Assembly (NCBI RefSeq): GCF_006345805.1
Contig: NC_043000.1
Location: forward strand, 16,492,001-16,556,000
Direction: 5' to 3'
Length of the DNA stretch: 64,000 bases
DNA from: Octopus sinensis
Lineage: Eukaryota
In this document: piece after piece, positions 1 through 11,833 of the stretch
Position numbering within the stretch: position 1 is the first letter of the stretch
Layout of the letters: each line of letters starts with the position of its first letter
Translations under genes and position numbers: made by a program
Notes under the pieces: generated by a model
The model's database searches: none
Seen by the model: the letters and a program-made list of their open reading frames with translations, nothing else
What the model was told of the DNA's origin: nothing

Positions 1-129
1 GAAGTTTTCAAAAGTGAGAGATTACTCATGGCATAGAAGAACAAAAATTCCAATAGATCTGACTTTATGAAAGATATACTGACGACCACTGAGGAAGCAC
101 ATACAACAGATCTGTACTTAAAATAGTGT

Positions 130-514
130 GGAGGTGCAATGACCCAGTGGTTAGGGCAGCGGACTCGCGGTCATAGGATAGCGGTTTCGATTCCCAGACC
201 GGGCGTTGTGAGTGTTTATTGAGCGAAAACACCTAAAGCTCCACGAGGCTCCGGCAGGGATGGTGGTGATCCCTGCTGTACTCTTTCACCACAATTTTCT
301 CTCACTCTTACTTCCTGTTTCTATTGTACCTGTATTTCAAGGGTCCGCCCTTGTCACTCTCTGTGTCACGCTGAATATCCCCGAGAACTACGTTAAGGGT
401 ACACGTGTCTGTGGAGTGCTCAGCCACTTACACATTAATTTCACGAGCAGGCTGTTCCGTTGATTCGGATCAACCGGAACCCTCGTCATCGTAACCGACG
501 GAGTGCTTCCATCC
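130..514 (+). mobile_element. tRNA-derived SINE, full length (family A, tRNA-Arg-like head)
   Basis: Pol III A box TGACCCAGTGG and B-box-like GGTTTCGATTCCC; 13-bp target-site duplication ACTTAAAATAGTG at 116-128 and 515-527; near-identical copies at 21718 and 48233. Confidence 0.9.
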
Positions 515-1876
515 ACTTAAAATAGTGCTCATGCTGTTGTTGCCATTTTTGTTGTTGTTGTTTTTCTTCCTCTTCTTCCCCTTCTTCCTCTTCTTCTTCA
601 TCCCTTCTTCTCCTTCTTCATCCCCTTCTTCCCATTCTTTTTCTTCATCTTCCTCCTTCTCCCCATCCCCTCCTCTTCTCCTTCCCCTTCCCCTTCTTCC
701 TCTTCTTGCTGTTGAGGCAGATGCAGTTTATGTGCCCTTAATTCAATTCAACTCTGTTAATTGAAAATAAAAATAATGTTAATGGTTCAAACCACTGAGG
801 TTCTCCTTGATTTTTCAACCTCAATGGCCAATAAAATAAATACTAATCACATACTCACTTAATGATATCTCCTTCCTTTAAAGAGGTTTTTTTTTTTTTC
901 TTCATGTCTTCAGCAAATATTAGAAATCATTACTTTTCTCATAAAAAGCAGAATAGTATAAAATTAAGGGTGTCTAACGAAGTAAATGAGATGCCAGCAC
1001 TAATGTTCCTGGATCAATTAAATGGATAGGTTTGCTGTGAAACAGGCTGTTGCACACAAATCAACATATGTAATAACCAGATCAAATGGTAAGGCTGGAT
1101 GAAATATGTTGTCATCATCATCATCATCCTCATTATTATTTGATGTCCACTTTTCCATGCTTGCATGGCCCAGATGGAATTGGTTGAGACAGGTTTTCTA
1201 TGGCTGGATGCTCTTCCTGTCACCAAGTCTCACATGTTTCCTATCATGATATAATATTTTCTCAGAGCTAGCTTATGCTTTCACAAAAGACTGGAAATAA
1301 ATAACTTTGCTTGTATGATGATGATGGTGGTGGTGGTGGTGGTGGTTGTGTTGATGATGATGAGGATGATACTCATTTACAAGCATTACATGATGTCTAG
1401 ACAAGGCTATGCTCAAATACACACGCACACACACACATACATACAACACAACACACACACAAACACATACAACACACAAACACACACACAACACACTCAC
1501 ACACATACATACAACAAACACCACACACACACACACACTCACATATATATACATATATATGACAGGCTTCTTTCAATTTCTGTCTACTAAATTCACTCAA
1601 AAGGCTTCAGTCAGCCCAGGGCTATAGCAGAAGACACTTGCCCATGGTGCCACGCAATAGGATTGAACACAATACTACATGGCTGGGAAACAAGCTTCTT
1701 AACCACACACCAAACCTTAGTCACAATTTATGTTCCTAACACTAGCTGAATGATAATTAAGTTATTTTACTAAATCCTTTGTTATATTTAATGTAATTGA
1801 AAGAAACCCAGAGCATCTCAAAACATATATATGGTAACAAAAGGGTTAAAATATATAATAGAGAAACAATTCTTAA

Positions 1877-2096
1877 CCCTTTCGATACCAACTCAGCTGA
1901 AACCACCTCTGGCTCTGTAGTACAAATGTTTTTTTTTATAAGTTTTGAATTAAAGTCTTCCAGCAAACCTTAGTCACAATTTATGTTCCTAACACTAGCT
2001 GAATGATAACTAAGTTATTTTACTAAATCCTTTGTGATATTTAAAGTAATTGAAAGAAACACAGAGCATCTCAAAATAAATAGAGTAACGAAAGGG
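1877..2096. mobile_element. piggyBac-type MITE (family 1)
   Basis: TTAA|CCCTTTCG...CGAAAGGG|TTAA termini; partial tandem duplicate immediately upstream (about 1712-1856); related copies at 5300 and 39601. Confidence 0.85.
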
Positions 2097-2487
2097 TTAA
2101 ATATCTTGATGTCTTCCACTGTGTCTAAGCTTTGAGCAGATAGAATGTGAGGAAACCAAACCTAGCAGAAATTATATGAAACACAAATATATTTCATATC
2201 ATTTAAGTTGCTCAACAAGTACATTGCTTTATTTATTTATTTATTTATTTATTTGTCTTCTATCTTTTACTCATTTCAGTCTAAGACTGAGGCCATGCTG
2301 GGGCACCACCTTGAGGAGCTTTTAGTCAAACAAATCAACCCCAGTACTTTATTTTTTAAGCCTGGTACTTATCCTATCAGTCTCTTTTGCCAAACCACTG
2401 ATTTAAAAAGATATAAACAAACCAACACTGGTTGTCAAGCAGTGGTGGAGGACAAACACGCACACACACACACACACATACATATAT

Positions 2488-2884
2488 ACTCTTTTACTCT
2501 TTTACTTGTTTCAGTCATTTGACTGCGGTCATGCTGGAGCACCGCCTTTAGTCGAGCAAATCGACCCCGGGACTTATTCTTTGTAAGCCCAGTACTTATT
2601 CTATTGGTCTCTTTTGCCGAACCGCTAAGTGACGGGGATGTAAACACATCAGCATCGGTTGTCAAGCAATGCTAGGGGGACAAATACAGACACACAAACA
2701 CACATACACATATATATATACATATATACGACAGGCTTCTTTCAGTTTCCGTCTACCAAATCCACTCACAAGGCATTGGTCGGCCTGGGGCTATAGCAGA
2801 AGACACTTGCCCAAGATGCCAAGCAGTGGGACTGAACCCGGAACCATGTGGTTGGTTAGCAAGCTACTTACCACACAGCCACTC

Positions 2885-2886
<2 letters not shown>
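2488..2886 (-). mobile_element. tRNA-derived SINE with CORE-like segment, internal (TA/CA)n tract and (AAAGAGT)n tail (family B)
   Basis: Minus strand begins AGGAGTGGCTGTGTGGTAAGTAGC with B box GGTTCAGTCCC, then CCTTGGGCAAGTGTCTT; many copies in the window. Confidence 0.85.
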
Positions 2887-2930
<44 letters not shown>

Positions 2931-2940
2931 TATATATATA

Positions 2941-4393
2941 ACAAAATTAGAGAATGGAGAAACATACTTAAATCAATAAAACATCAACTATCCAATGATA
3001 CCCAATCAATACTTTAATACACCATTACATATGAGTAAAGGCATTATATAAAATGAGATATACAGTAATAGTAAAAGATAAAGAGATATAAGTAAAAAAT
3101 TTTCAAATATAATATGCAATTAAATCAAAACTGACAGCTGTTTCGGCAGTGAGGGCAGTCATACCTCATTTAACCTCTTAGCCATAAAGGCAGGTATAAA
3201 TGAGGCATTAACAAGGATGCCCCACGGCCTCTTCAGAGAATTAAATTAAATTTGTTATAATTGTGAAAAATATAATATAACCATATACATATAAATATAA
3301 AAATATAAAAACTTATACATCATAATGCTACACTTATATAATATAATACTTATTGGTACAATAAAGGAAGGTAAACAGAACAAAATAAAACAAAATATAT
3401 ATCAGTGTATATACTAATATTAATAAGTACCGATATTATACATATTTGGCTAATAGTTTTTTTAAAAAAAACTAACACATAGGGAGATGAAAAATAATAA
3501 TTAAAACCATGGTTCAGTTCATAAAATTCTAAAGCTATGAAAGTTAATAAAAATTACTATTAATATTAATAATAATAATAATAATAATAAAAATAATAAT
3601 AATATCGAATTAATCTAAATTTTCTTTACCTAGTGATCAGCATTTCTAAACTCATAGTTATTTTGATCTTGAAAGGATGGACTTGGTGCTAACTTAACTG
3701 TATCTATTATTATTATTATTATTTTTATTATTATTATTATTATTAATATTAATAGTAATTTTTATTAACTTTCATAGCTTTAGAATTTTATGAACTGAAC
3801 CATGGTTTTAATTATTATTTTTCATCTCCCTATGTGTTAGTTTTTTAAAAAAAACTATTAGCCAAATATGTATAATATCGGTACTTATTAATATTAGTAT
3901 ATACACTGATATATATTTTGTTTTATTTTGTTCTGTTTACCTTCCTTTATTGTACCAATAAGTATTATATTATATAAGTGTAGCATTATGATGTATAAGT
4001 TTTTATATTTTTATATTTTACATTTTTATATTTTTATATTTATATGTATATGGTTATATTATATTTTTCACAATTATAACAAATTTAATTTAATTCTCTG
4101 AAGAGGCCGTGGGGCATCCTTGTTAATGCCTCATTATACCTGCCTTTATGGCTTAGAGGTTAAATGAGGTATGACTGCCCTCACTGCCGAAACAGCTGTC
4201 AGTTTTGATTTAATTGCATATTATATTTGAAAATTTTTTACTTATATCTCTTTATCTTTTTACTATTACTGTATATCTCATTTTATATAATGCCTTTACT
4301 CATATGTAATGGTGTATTAAAGTATTGATTGGGTATCATCGGATAGTTGATGTTTTATTGATTTAAGTATGTTTCTCCATTCTCTAATTTTGT
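2941..4393. repeat. Long fold-back inverted repeat (arms about 660-690 bp, spacer about 100 bp), probably Penelope-like pseudo-LTR derived
   Basis: 2941-3603 is the near-perfect reverse complement of 3706-4393, with a few substitutions and indels. Confidence 0.92.
4092..4207 (+). ncRNA. Type I hammerhead ribozyme motif with long stem II (mirror copy on - strand at about 3126-3242)
   Basis: CTGAAGA (4098-4104), stem II GGC/GCC extended by GTG/CAC and GGGCA/TGCCC, then GAAAC-AGCT-GTC with predicted cleavage after 4200; stem I weak. Confidence 0.65.
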
Positions 4394-4568
4394 AGTATTA
4401 ATTTACGGTAATATTATTACCTTTACCCATATAATACAATAGATGAACTGATTGTTTGACAATTTTTAACATCTATGTATTAATCTTGTTGGGTACCTAT
4501 CTGGCAGTATATTGGATATATATTATCCCATGGTGGGTTGAATTTTCAACCCCTATCTCATTTTATAA

Positions 4569-4621
<53 letters not shown>

Positions 4622-5299
4622 CAAATAAGGAAATGGAGAAACAATTTAGTTGGTTTATCAGCTTTAGGATATTAGAATGTTGACTTATTTATTTAATAAA
4701 ACAAGAACCATAATAACATACATATATACATTAAAATTCAATACATATAAAATAAGAATACAATTAAAAAAACCTTAATATAGATTATTGAAATCATTAA
4801 AATCACTTACGATACATATAATGGGCTTCTTTCAATTTCCATCTACCAAATCCATTCACAAGGTATTGGTTGGCATGAAACTGTAGTAAAAAACATTTGT
4901 ACAAGGTGTCATGCAGTGAGACTGAACCCAGAACCATGTGGCTGGGAAGCAAACTTCTTACCACATAGCCACACCTACACCTATTTATATATTTATTTAC
5001 TTACAGAGTGATCATATTTTATCTGTACAACTTGCACAATTTATTGTATTATATTGTATAGACAGGTTTCATGCAATGAATGGAGCCTTTGTGGAAGTGT
5101 CATGATGTTTCTAATAAAAGCTCTATATGTTTGCCAATAAACTCTGCTGAGTCACTCTTATTTTTCATTTTTGTCTAAATTTATCAAATTGTAAATGTAA
5201 TTTTAGTGACAACCTGTATTTAATGTCATGTGTATTTACTGCATACATCTTGACAAACTGACTCTACTGCAAAGAATACTGACAGTGGAAGCCACTTAA

Positions 5300-5519
5300 C
5301 CCTTTCGTTACTCTATTTCTTTTGAGATGCTCTGTGTTTCTTTCAATTACTTTAAATATAACAAAGAATTTAGTAAAATAACTCAGTTATCATTCAGCTA
5401 GTGTTAGGAGCATAAATTGTGACTAAAGTTTGGTAGAAGATTTTAATTCAGAACTTTTGAAAATAAGACATTTGTACTCAGAGCCAGAGCCGGTTTCAGC
5501 CTGGTTGGAATCGAAAGGG
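5300..5519. mobile_element. piggyBac-type MITE (family 1)
   Basis: TTAA|CCCTTTCG...CGAAAGGG|TTAA. Confidence 0.85.
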
Positions 5520-5627
5520 TTAAAGGTCTCAGCTTGAAATACACATATATAGTAAGAAGCAAACAACCTTTTCTCACAATAAATGCGATCGACTTTACAA
5601 TTTGTGTCTTTCTTATAACTGTTTTTT

Positions 5628-5844
5628 ACTCTTTTACTTATTTCAGTCATTTGACTGCGGCCATGCTGGAGCACTGCCTATAGTCGAGGAAATCAACCCC
5701 AGGACTTATTCTTTGTAAGCCTTGTACTTATTCTATCGGTCTCTTTTTGCTGAACTGCTACATTATGGGGACATAAACACACTAGCATCGGCAGTTGTCA
5801 AGTGATGCTATGGGGGACAAACACAGACACACAAACACACACAT

Positions 5845-5878
<34 letters not shown>

Positions 5879-6036
5879 GACAAGCTTATTTCAGTTTCCG
5901 TCTACCAAATCCACTCACAAGGCTTTGGTCGACCCAAGGCTATAGTAGAAGACACTTGCCCAAGGTGCCACGCAGTGGGACTGAACCCGGAACCATGTGG
6001 TTGGTAAGCAAGCTACTTACCACACAGCCAATCCTG
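5628..6036 (-). mobile_element. Family B SINE
   Basis: Same sequence as 2488-2886. Confidence 0.85.
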
Positions 6037-6423
6037 CACTGTTTATTTCATTAGAGAAGGGCTCCTAGAAAAGATATCCAACAAATAGCCTGCTTAGACA
6101 TGTTCCTGTAAAAAATTACAAATAACAGGACATTCAGTTTCTGAACTGGAAATATGAAGAGAAATATAAATAAACTCAATATGTTTATTACACCTTGAAA
6201 TCTGTGGATACTTCAAGATAACAAGAAGAATGATAAAAGTAATAACCCAAGAACTTAAGCAAAATTCAACCTGGATAACATGAACAGTTTGAAAGTAGCT
6301 GAAGTTGTTGAAGCTTATTTTACTGGGTTGGAGAACCTGTTTGTATGAAACATGATTCTAAAGTTGGTTTTGCTGTGAGAAATATCATTGTGAAATCCTT
6401 AAAATATCTTTGTATTGATATTT

Positions 6424-6672
6424 TGTATTGCACGTAAAATGCACCAATCCGACCGTGGCCGATGCCAGCCTCGCCTGGCACCAGTGCAGGTGGCACGTAA
6501 AAAGCACCCACTACACTCACGGAGTGGTTGGCGTTATGAAGGGCATCCAGCTGTAGAAACATTGCCAGATAAGACCGGAGCCTGGTGCAGCCTTCTAGCT
6601 TCCCAGATCCCCGGTCGAACCGTCCAACCCATGCTAGCATGGAGAACGGACGTTAAACGATGATGATGATGA
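6424..6672 (+). mobile_element. 5'-truncated RTE LINE 3' end
   Basis: GGAGTGGTTGGCGTTA..GAAGGGCATCCAGCTGTAGAAAC module ending in (GAT)n, matching the end of the RTE at 27071-29710. Confidence 0.8.
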
Positions 6673-6889
6673 TATTGGTTACAAATTTTGGCACAAGGCC
6701 AGCAACTTGGAGAATGGATAAATCAATTATATTAACCCCCAGTGCTCAACTGGTACTTATTTTATTGACCCTGAAAGGATGAAAGGCAAAGTTGACCATG
6801 GCGGAATTTGAACCCAGAATGTAAAGATGGACAAAGTGCCACTAAGCAATCTTTCCAGTAAACTAACAATATATTTCTATCACCATCAT

Positions 6890-7130
6890 CATTATCTATT
6901 TCTTTACTACCTGCAAGGGGCTAAACACAGAGAGGACAAACAAGGACAGACAGACGGATTAAGTCGATTATATCGACCCCAGTGCGTAACTGGTACTTAA
7001 TTTATCAACCCCGAAATGATGAAAGGCAAAATCAACCTCGGTGGAATTTGAACTCAGAACATAGCAGCAAACAAAATACTGCTAAGCATTTCACCCGGCG
7101 TGCTAACGTTTCTGCCAGCTCAGTGCCTTA
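6890..7130 (-). mobile_element. Nin/Deu-domain-like SINE (family C)
   Basis: Minus strand GAGCTGGCAGAAACGTTAGC head, GTTCAAATTCC B box and TTTGCCTTTCATC..TTCGGGGT.GATAAATTAAGTACCAG central domain. Confidence 0.75.
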
Positions 7131-7136
7131 AATCAT

Positions 7137-7352
7137 CATCATCATCATCATCATTTAACGTCCGTTTTCCAAGCTAGCATGGGTTGGACAGTTCAACTGG
7201 GGTCTGGGAAGCCAGGAGGCTGCACCAGGCTCCAGTCTGATCTGGCAGTGTTTCTACAGCTGGATGCCCTTCCTAATGCCAACCACTCTGTGACTGTAGT
7301 GAGTGCATTTTCCATGCCAGGGGAGGCTGGCAACGGCCACGATCGGTTGGCA
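7137..7352 (-). mobile_element. RTE LINE 3' end
   Basis: (ATC)n tail on the left followed by the reverse complement of the RTE terminal module. Confidence 0.8.
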
Positions 7353-8054
7353 ATATTAAAAATCATTTGAGATGTTTGCCTTTTATATCCAATAAGGTAC
7401 AATAGGTTTGCACCTTTCATAAGTGCTCCAGTCTTTACAAGTATAAAAGATTCTTAAGAGAGATTTTATTCAAGTCCACATGGAAACATTTCTCTTAATG
7501 GAACTATCAGTTGTACATGTGGCATATTCAATTGAAAATTGACAATGACATACCTACTCAATGACTAACCAACAGCAGCATTACATGTAATCAAGTCTTC
7601 CACTAAGTAATTACCTGTTACTTTATTTCTGTTGCAGAGATGTTTGAAATGTCTGTCACTAAATGACTTGCACCTGAGTTAACATATATACTATAGCTAT
7701 ACAAAAGGAAAAAAATTAAATATATAAAATATCTACTTCTAAGTTGAACTGATCTGAACAACAGACAATTCTTGGCGTTTATAATACAGAAGTGACAATT
7801 TACTCTTTGGCTTCTCGAGATTGGCTGCACATTATTATGCAACCAGTAAAGTAAGTTGTTTATCATTAGGGCATTTTTACCACCAACTCATGGCAGCATT
7901 CTTACCAAAAGCTATACAGAACATTACTGACAACGGTTCTGCACTTATCTAGCTTACTTTTTTTACTGACCATTACAACAAACATTACAACAACAACCTA
8001 TAGCTAAGTACAACTTCATTTGAGTCATACAGCTCACACATCTTCCTTTCCTTG

Positions 8055-8376
8055 CTTACCAACCACATGGTTCCGGGTTCAGTCCCACTGTGTGGAACCT
8101 TGGGCAAGTGTCTTCTACTATAGCCTTGGGTCAACCAAAGCCTTGTGAGTGGATTTGGTAGACGGAAACTGAAAGAACCCAATCATATATATGTTTGTGT
8201 GTCTGTGTTTGTCCCCCAACATCGCTTGACAACCGATGATGGTGTGCTTATGTCCCTGTAACTTAGCGGTTTGGCAAAAGAGACCGATAGAGTAAGTACT
8301 AGGCTTACAAAGAATAAGTCCTGGGGTCGATTTGCTCAACTAAAGGCAGTGCTCCAGCATGGCCACAGTCAAATGA
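8055..8376 (+). mobile_element. Family B SINE, 5'-truncated
   Basis: GGTTCCGGGTTCAGTCCCACTG...GCTCCAGCATGGCCACAGTCAAATGA. Confidence 0.8.
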
Positions 8377-8917
8377 GAGTATAATTCCTCATCTCTTAAA
8401 TATAGAACTGTAATACCAATTACTGCTTTATGATTATTTCAGATAGTTGTTTTCTCTCCCTTTCTCTCATATATATAAATCTGTTACCATCTTACTGCCC
8501 AAACCAGTGAACCAATCTTCATGAAACTTTGCACGTTAAACTAACATCCACTTCAATAAAAATCAATAATGGGCTCCCTTGTGGGGTTGGGTGAATTATA
8601 TGATAAAATAAGAAGGGTGCAAAGAATATTAGTCTGAGGGAAATGTAGTAGCAGAAGTGAGTGTGACAACATTGTGCAAGTGACAAATATAGAGTGGCAA
8701 TGGGATAGTAATATCAATACAGCTGTCATATACACATGACGTTGCATACATACTTTCATAAATACATAGATACATGCATACACACACACACAAGTGACTT
8801 TTAAAATGCTGAGGAAGGAAGAGAAAGGTGGGCGTGAGAAATATGTAGCTTTAAGGAGAGAGGGGGTAGGTGGCTTTTCTGCTGTCTATCACAAAGAAAC
8901 ACTCACACCCTCAGGTG

Positions 8918-9130
8918 GTGAGTTGGCAGAAACGTAAGCAAACCAGGTGAAATGCTTAGCGGTATTTCATCTGTCTTTATGTTCTGAGTTCAAATTCCAC
9001 CGAGGTCGACTTTGCCTTTCATCCTTTCGGAGTCGATAAATTTAGTACCAGTTATGCACTGGGGTCAATGTAATCGACTTAATCCCTTTGTCTGTCCTTG
9101 TTTGTCCCTTGTGGGCAATAAAGAAATATG
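8918..9130 (+). mobile_element. Family C (Nin/Deu-like) SINE
   Basis: GGTGAGTTGGCAGAAACG head; CCGAGGTCGACTTTGCCTTTCATCCTTTCGGAGTCGATAAA. Confidence 0.75.
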
Positions 9131-10313
9131 TTTAGCCCCTTGTGGGCAATAAAGAAATAAGAAACACTCACACACATACATATATATGCATTCACTCGGA
9201 ACCTGTATAAGAATATTTTGATAGGTGAATGAATTATCCTATGTTTACCGTCAACATGGAAAATTCGATGAACCGATACCAGGGTAGCAAATTCACGTCA
9301 GAAACACGGTTGAAGCGACCTATCCAAAGGTAGAAACTCCGGTAGAAACATATGTCGAGAGTAAAGGAATTTTGTTAACATCTTCGTTCAACTCCATTTA
9401 TTTATTTATTCATATATATGCATTCATACATACATATGTCTACTATACATCATTTTAAACTTGTGATTACTTGTATGTACATTTGTAAACGTGTGTGTGT
9501 GTGTGTGTGTGTGACATCCTATAACTGTCTGTCTCTGCTTCTGTTGCTGTCATATATTGTGAGATTTTGAAATTATGTCAAAATTTTCAAATTTGGTATA
9601 TTGAAATAATTTTCCATGTTAAATTCAATTTTGTTATTTATTTTGTTCAAAAAAAAAAATTGCAGAAAAATGTTACTGAGGTTTAAAGTTTTTATCAATT
9701 TTACCTAATCAGAAAATAGGATTTGGAAGCAGGCCTTTTGTGCAAGATAGCTGTCTATCATGAAATGAAAGCAAAATCATTAGGAGGAGAAATTTTGGAT
9801 CTTTTCTAAAAGATGGACAGAATTTTCTACTTAACTAAATAATTTGAAACTTCGTATACTGGTAGAATGTGTCAAAAGAAAACATTAATTTCAATTAGTT
9901 TTTTTGAGAAAAATGTATTTTGTAACTTTTATGTAGTTTAATTCTTCGAATTTTAACCAATCGTATTCTCTGTTTTGAGCTCAATTCATTTCTGCCGTGT
10001 TATTCATCCTTATCACTGTCTTCTGTTTTCTGTCTTCAAAGGCTTCTCGCATGTTTATTTCAATGTCATCCCTGACTTACGGAACGATTACCTGTGTGTG
10101 TGTGTTTTTGTTGTGTATGTGTGTGCATGTGTGTGTGTGTGTGTGTGTTATTGTTGTGTATGTGTGTGTGTGTTTTTGTTGTGTATGTGTGTGTGTGTTT
10201 TTGTTGTGTATGTGTGTGTGTTATTGTTGTGTATGTGTGTGTGTGTTGTGTATCTCTTAAATCGATGAATTTCGTCGCCCAATAAAAATATTAACGATAT
10301 CAAAGTTCAAAAA

Positions 10314-10363
10314 ATATCTCTGATGAAGGGAGATATAAAATATCTCTGAAACAGCTGTAAGAC
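10314..10363 (+). ncRNA. Minimal type I hammerhead ribozyme motif (Penelope-like)
   Basis: TCT-CTGATGA-AG-GGAGATAT/ATATCTCT-GAAAC-AGCT-GTA-AGA: intact core, 8-bp stem II, palindromic stem III, 3-bp stem I. Confidence 0.7.
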
Positions 10364-10433
10364 CTCTTTATAAATGTTCTGAAAACTATTCACAGCCTTG
10401 GATTTTTTTATCTCATTCTGTTAATTTTTATAT

Positions 10434-10712
10434 CATCATCATCATCATCATCATTTAGCGTCCGCTTTCCATGCTAGCATGGGTTGGACGGTTCAACTGG
10501 GGTCTGGGAAGCCAGAAGGCTGCACCAGGCCCAGTCTGATCTGACAATGTTTCTACAGCTGGATGCCCTTCATAACACCAACCACTCCATGAGTGTAGTG
10601 GGTGCTTTTTACGTGCCAGGCGAGGCTGGCAACAGCCACGATCAGATGGTTCGCTTACATGCCACAGGCACTAGTATCACAGCTGCAATTTCCATTGATG
10701 TTGATCGACTTC
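10434..10712 (-). mobile_element. RTE LINE 3' end
   Basis: (ATC)n tail plus terminal module. Confidence 0.8.
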
Positions 10713-11833
10713 GATATATATATATATATATATATATATACTACTAATATAGGATGAAAAAACTTCATCAAAAAAGTGGCAGCATATTAAAATACATTTA
10801 AAGGTTAAGATTATAAACAAGGGCAAAAGAAAATTATTTCTATGCCAATATGCTGATAACAGACTTTTAAATCGTCAATTTCCACATATATAATTTTCTT
10901 TTGCCCTTGTTTATAAGTTGTTTATATATATATACGACGGGCTTCTTTCAGCTTCCATCTACCAAATCCACTCACAAGGCAAGGTTGTTTATGGAAGACC
11001 AGGCAAGGTTGTTTATGGAAGACCAGCAGTCACCCATGCTTACCAGCCTCCCCTCTCCACACCACTGATGTTATCCAAGGGAAAGGCAAAGGGGCCGATA
11101 CAGCTTGGCATCAGTTACGTCGCAACTCATTTCTACAGCTGAGTGAACTGGAGCAACATGAAATAAAGTGTCTTGCTGAAGAACACAACACGCAGCCTGG
11201 CCCAGGATTCGAACTCACAACCTCACGGTTGTAAGGTCGACGCTCTAACCACCAAGTCATGCGCCTTCTGGGTACCACTGGGTAGAAAATGTATTAATCC
11301 CAAGCAATAATTACTTCCCTTTACTTGCAAAACACACACAAATGTTAAAACTTTCATTTTAACCCTCTTCTCAATCAAATAGGCCTCATTAATGCCTTTT
11401 CCTCGTTGATAAATACATCAAGCCATAACAAATCAAGCTATTACCTGTATTTACCTAACAGTTATGCAAGAAACATGAGTATTCACTCACAATTTATTGT
11501 GGTGCAGTTCAGCATTACAAAGGAAAGAACGAAAAAAGAACACTAAAAGATCAAAGTTCTTACAGCCATTTAAACCTATTATAATCTTAACTTCTCCTTT
11601 ATTCCAAAACACACACAACCTGATTACATTAACAAATAGGTCGTTTTCAAACCATTCACCAACAGAGAGGTGCAGAATACACAAAAGATAGATTAGTTAC
11701 AGGCTAGTAGAGTGTATGAAACTCTGAAGCAAAATTATGAAATATATATGTTTATTGCTTCATGAAAATGCAAATAATTTTCTGCACGACAGGTTTTTTT
11801 TTCCTTTCTATGACATTTCTATTTCTAGAAATA

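Noticed and set aside
130-210. tRNA-like sequences at SINE heads (also at 21718, 36188, 48233, 23626)
   Set aside because: No complete cloverleaf, and they are embedded in dispersed elements with TSDs, so they are not tRNA genes
1273-1627. His/Thr-rich and Cys/Val-rich ORFs (also at about 9975-10285, 22836-23282, 24310-24592)
   Set aside because: They are translations of (CA)n/(TG)n microsatellites, with no splice or codon evidence
6050-6420. Coding-looking purine-rich stretch
   Set aside because: Stops in all frames and no recognisable protein motif
7616-7700. Possible minus-strand exon (good acceptor and donor)
   Set aside because: No recognisable product, no partner exons found, and stops depend on which acceptor is chosen
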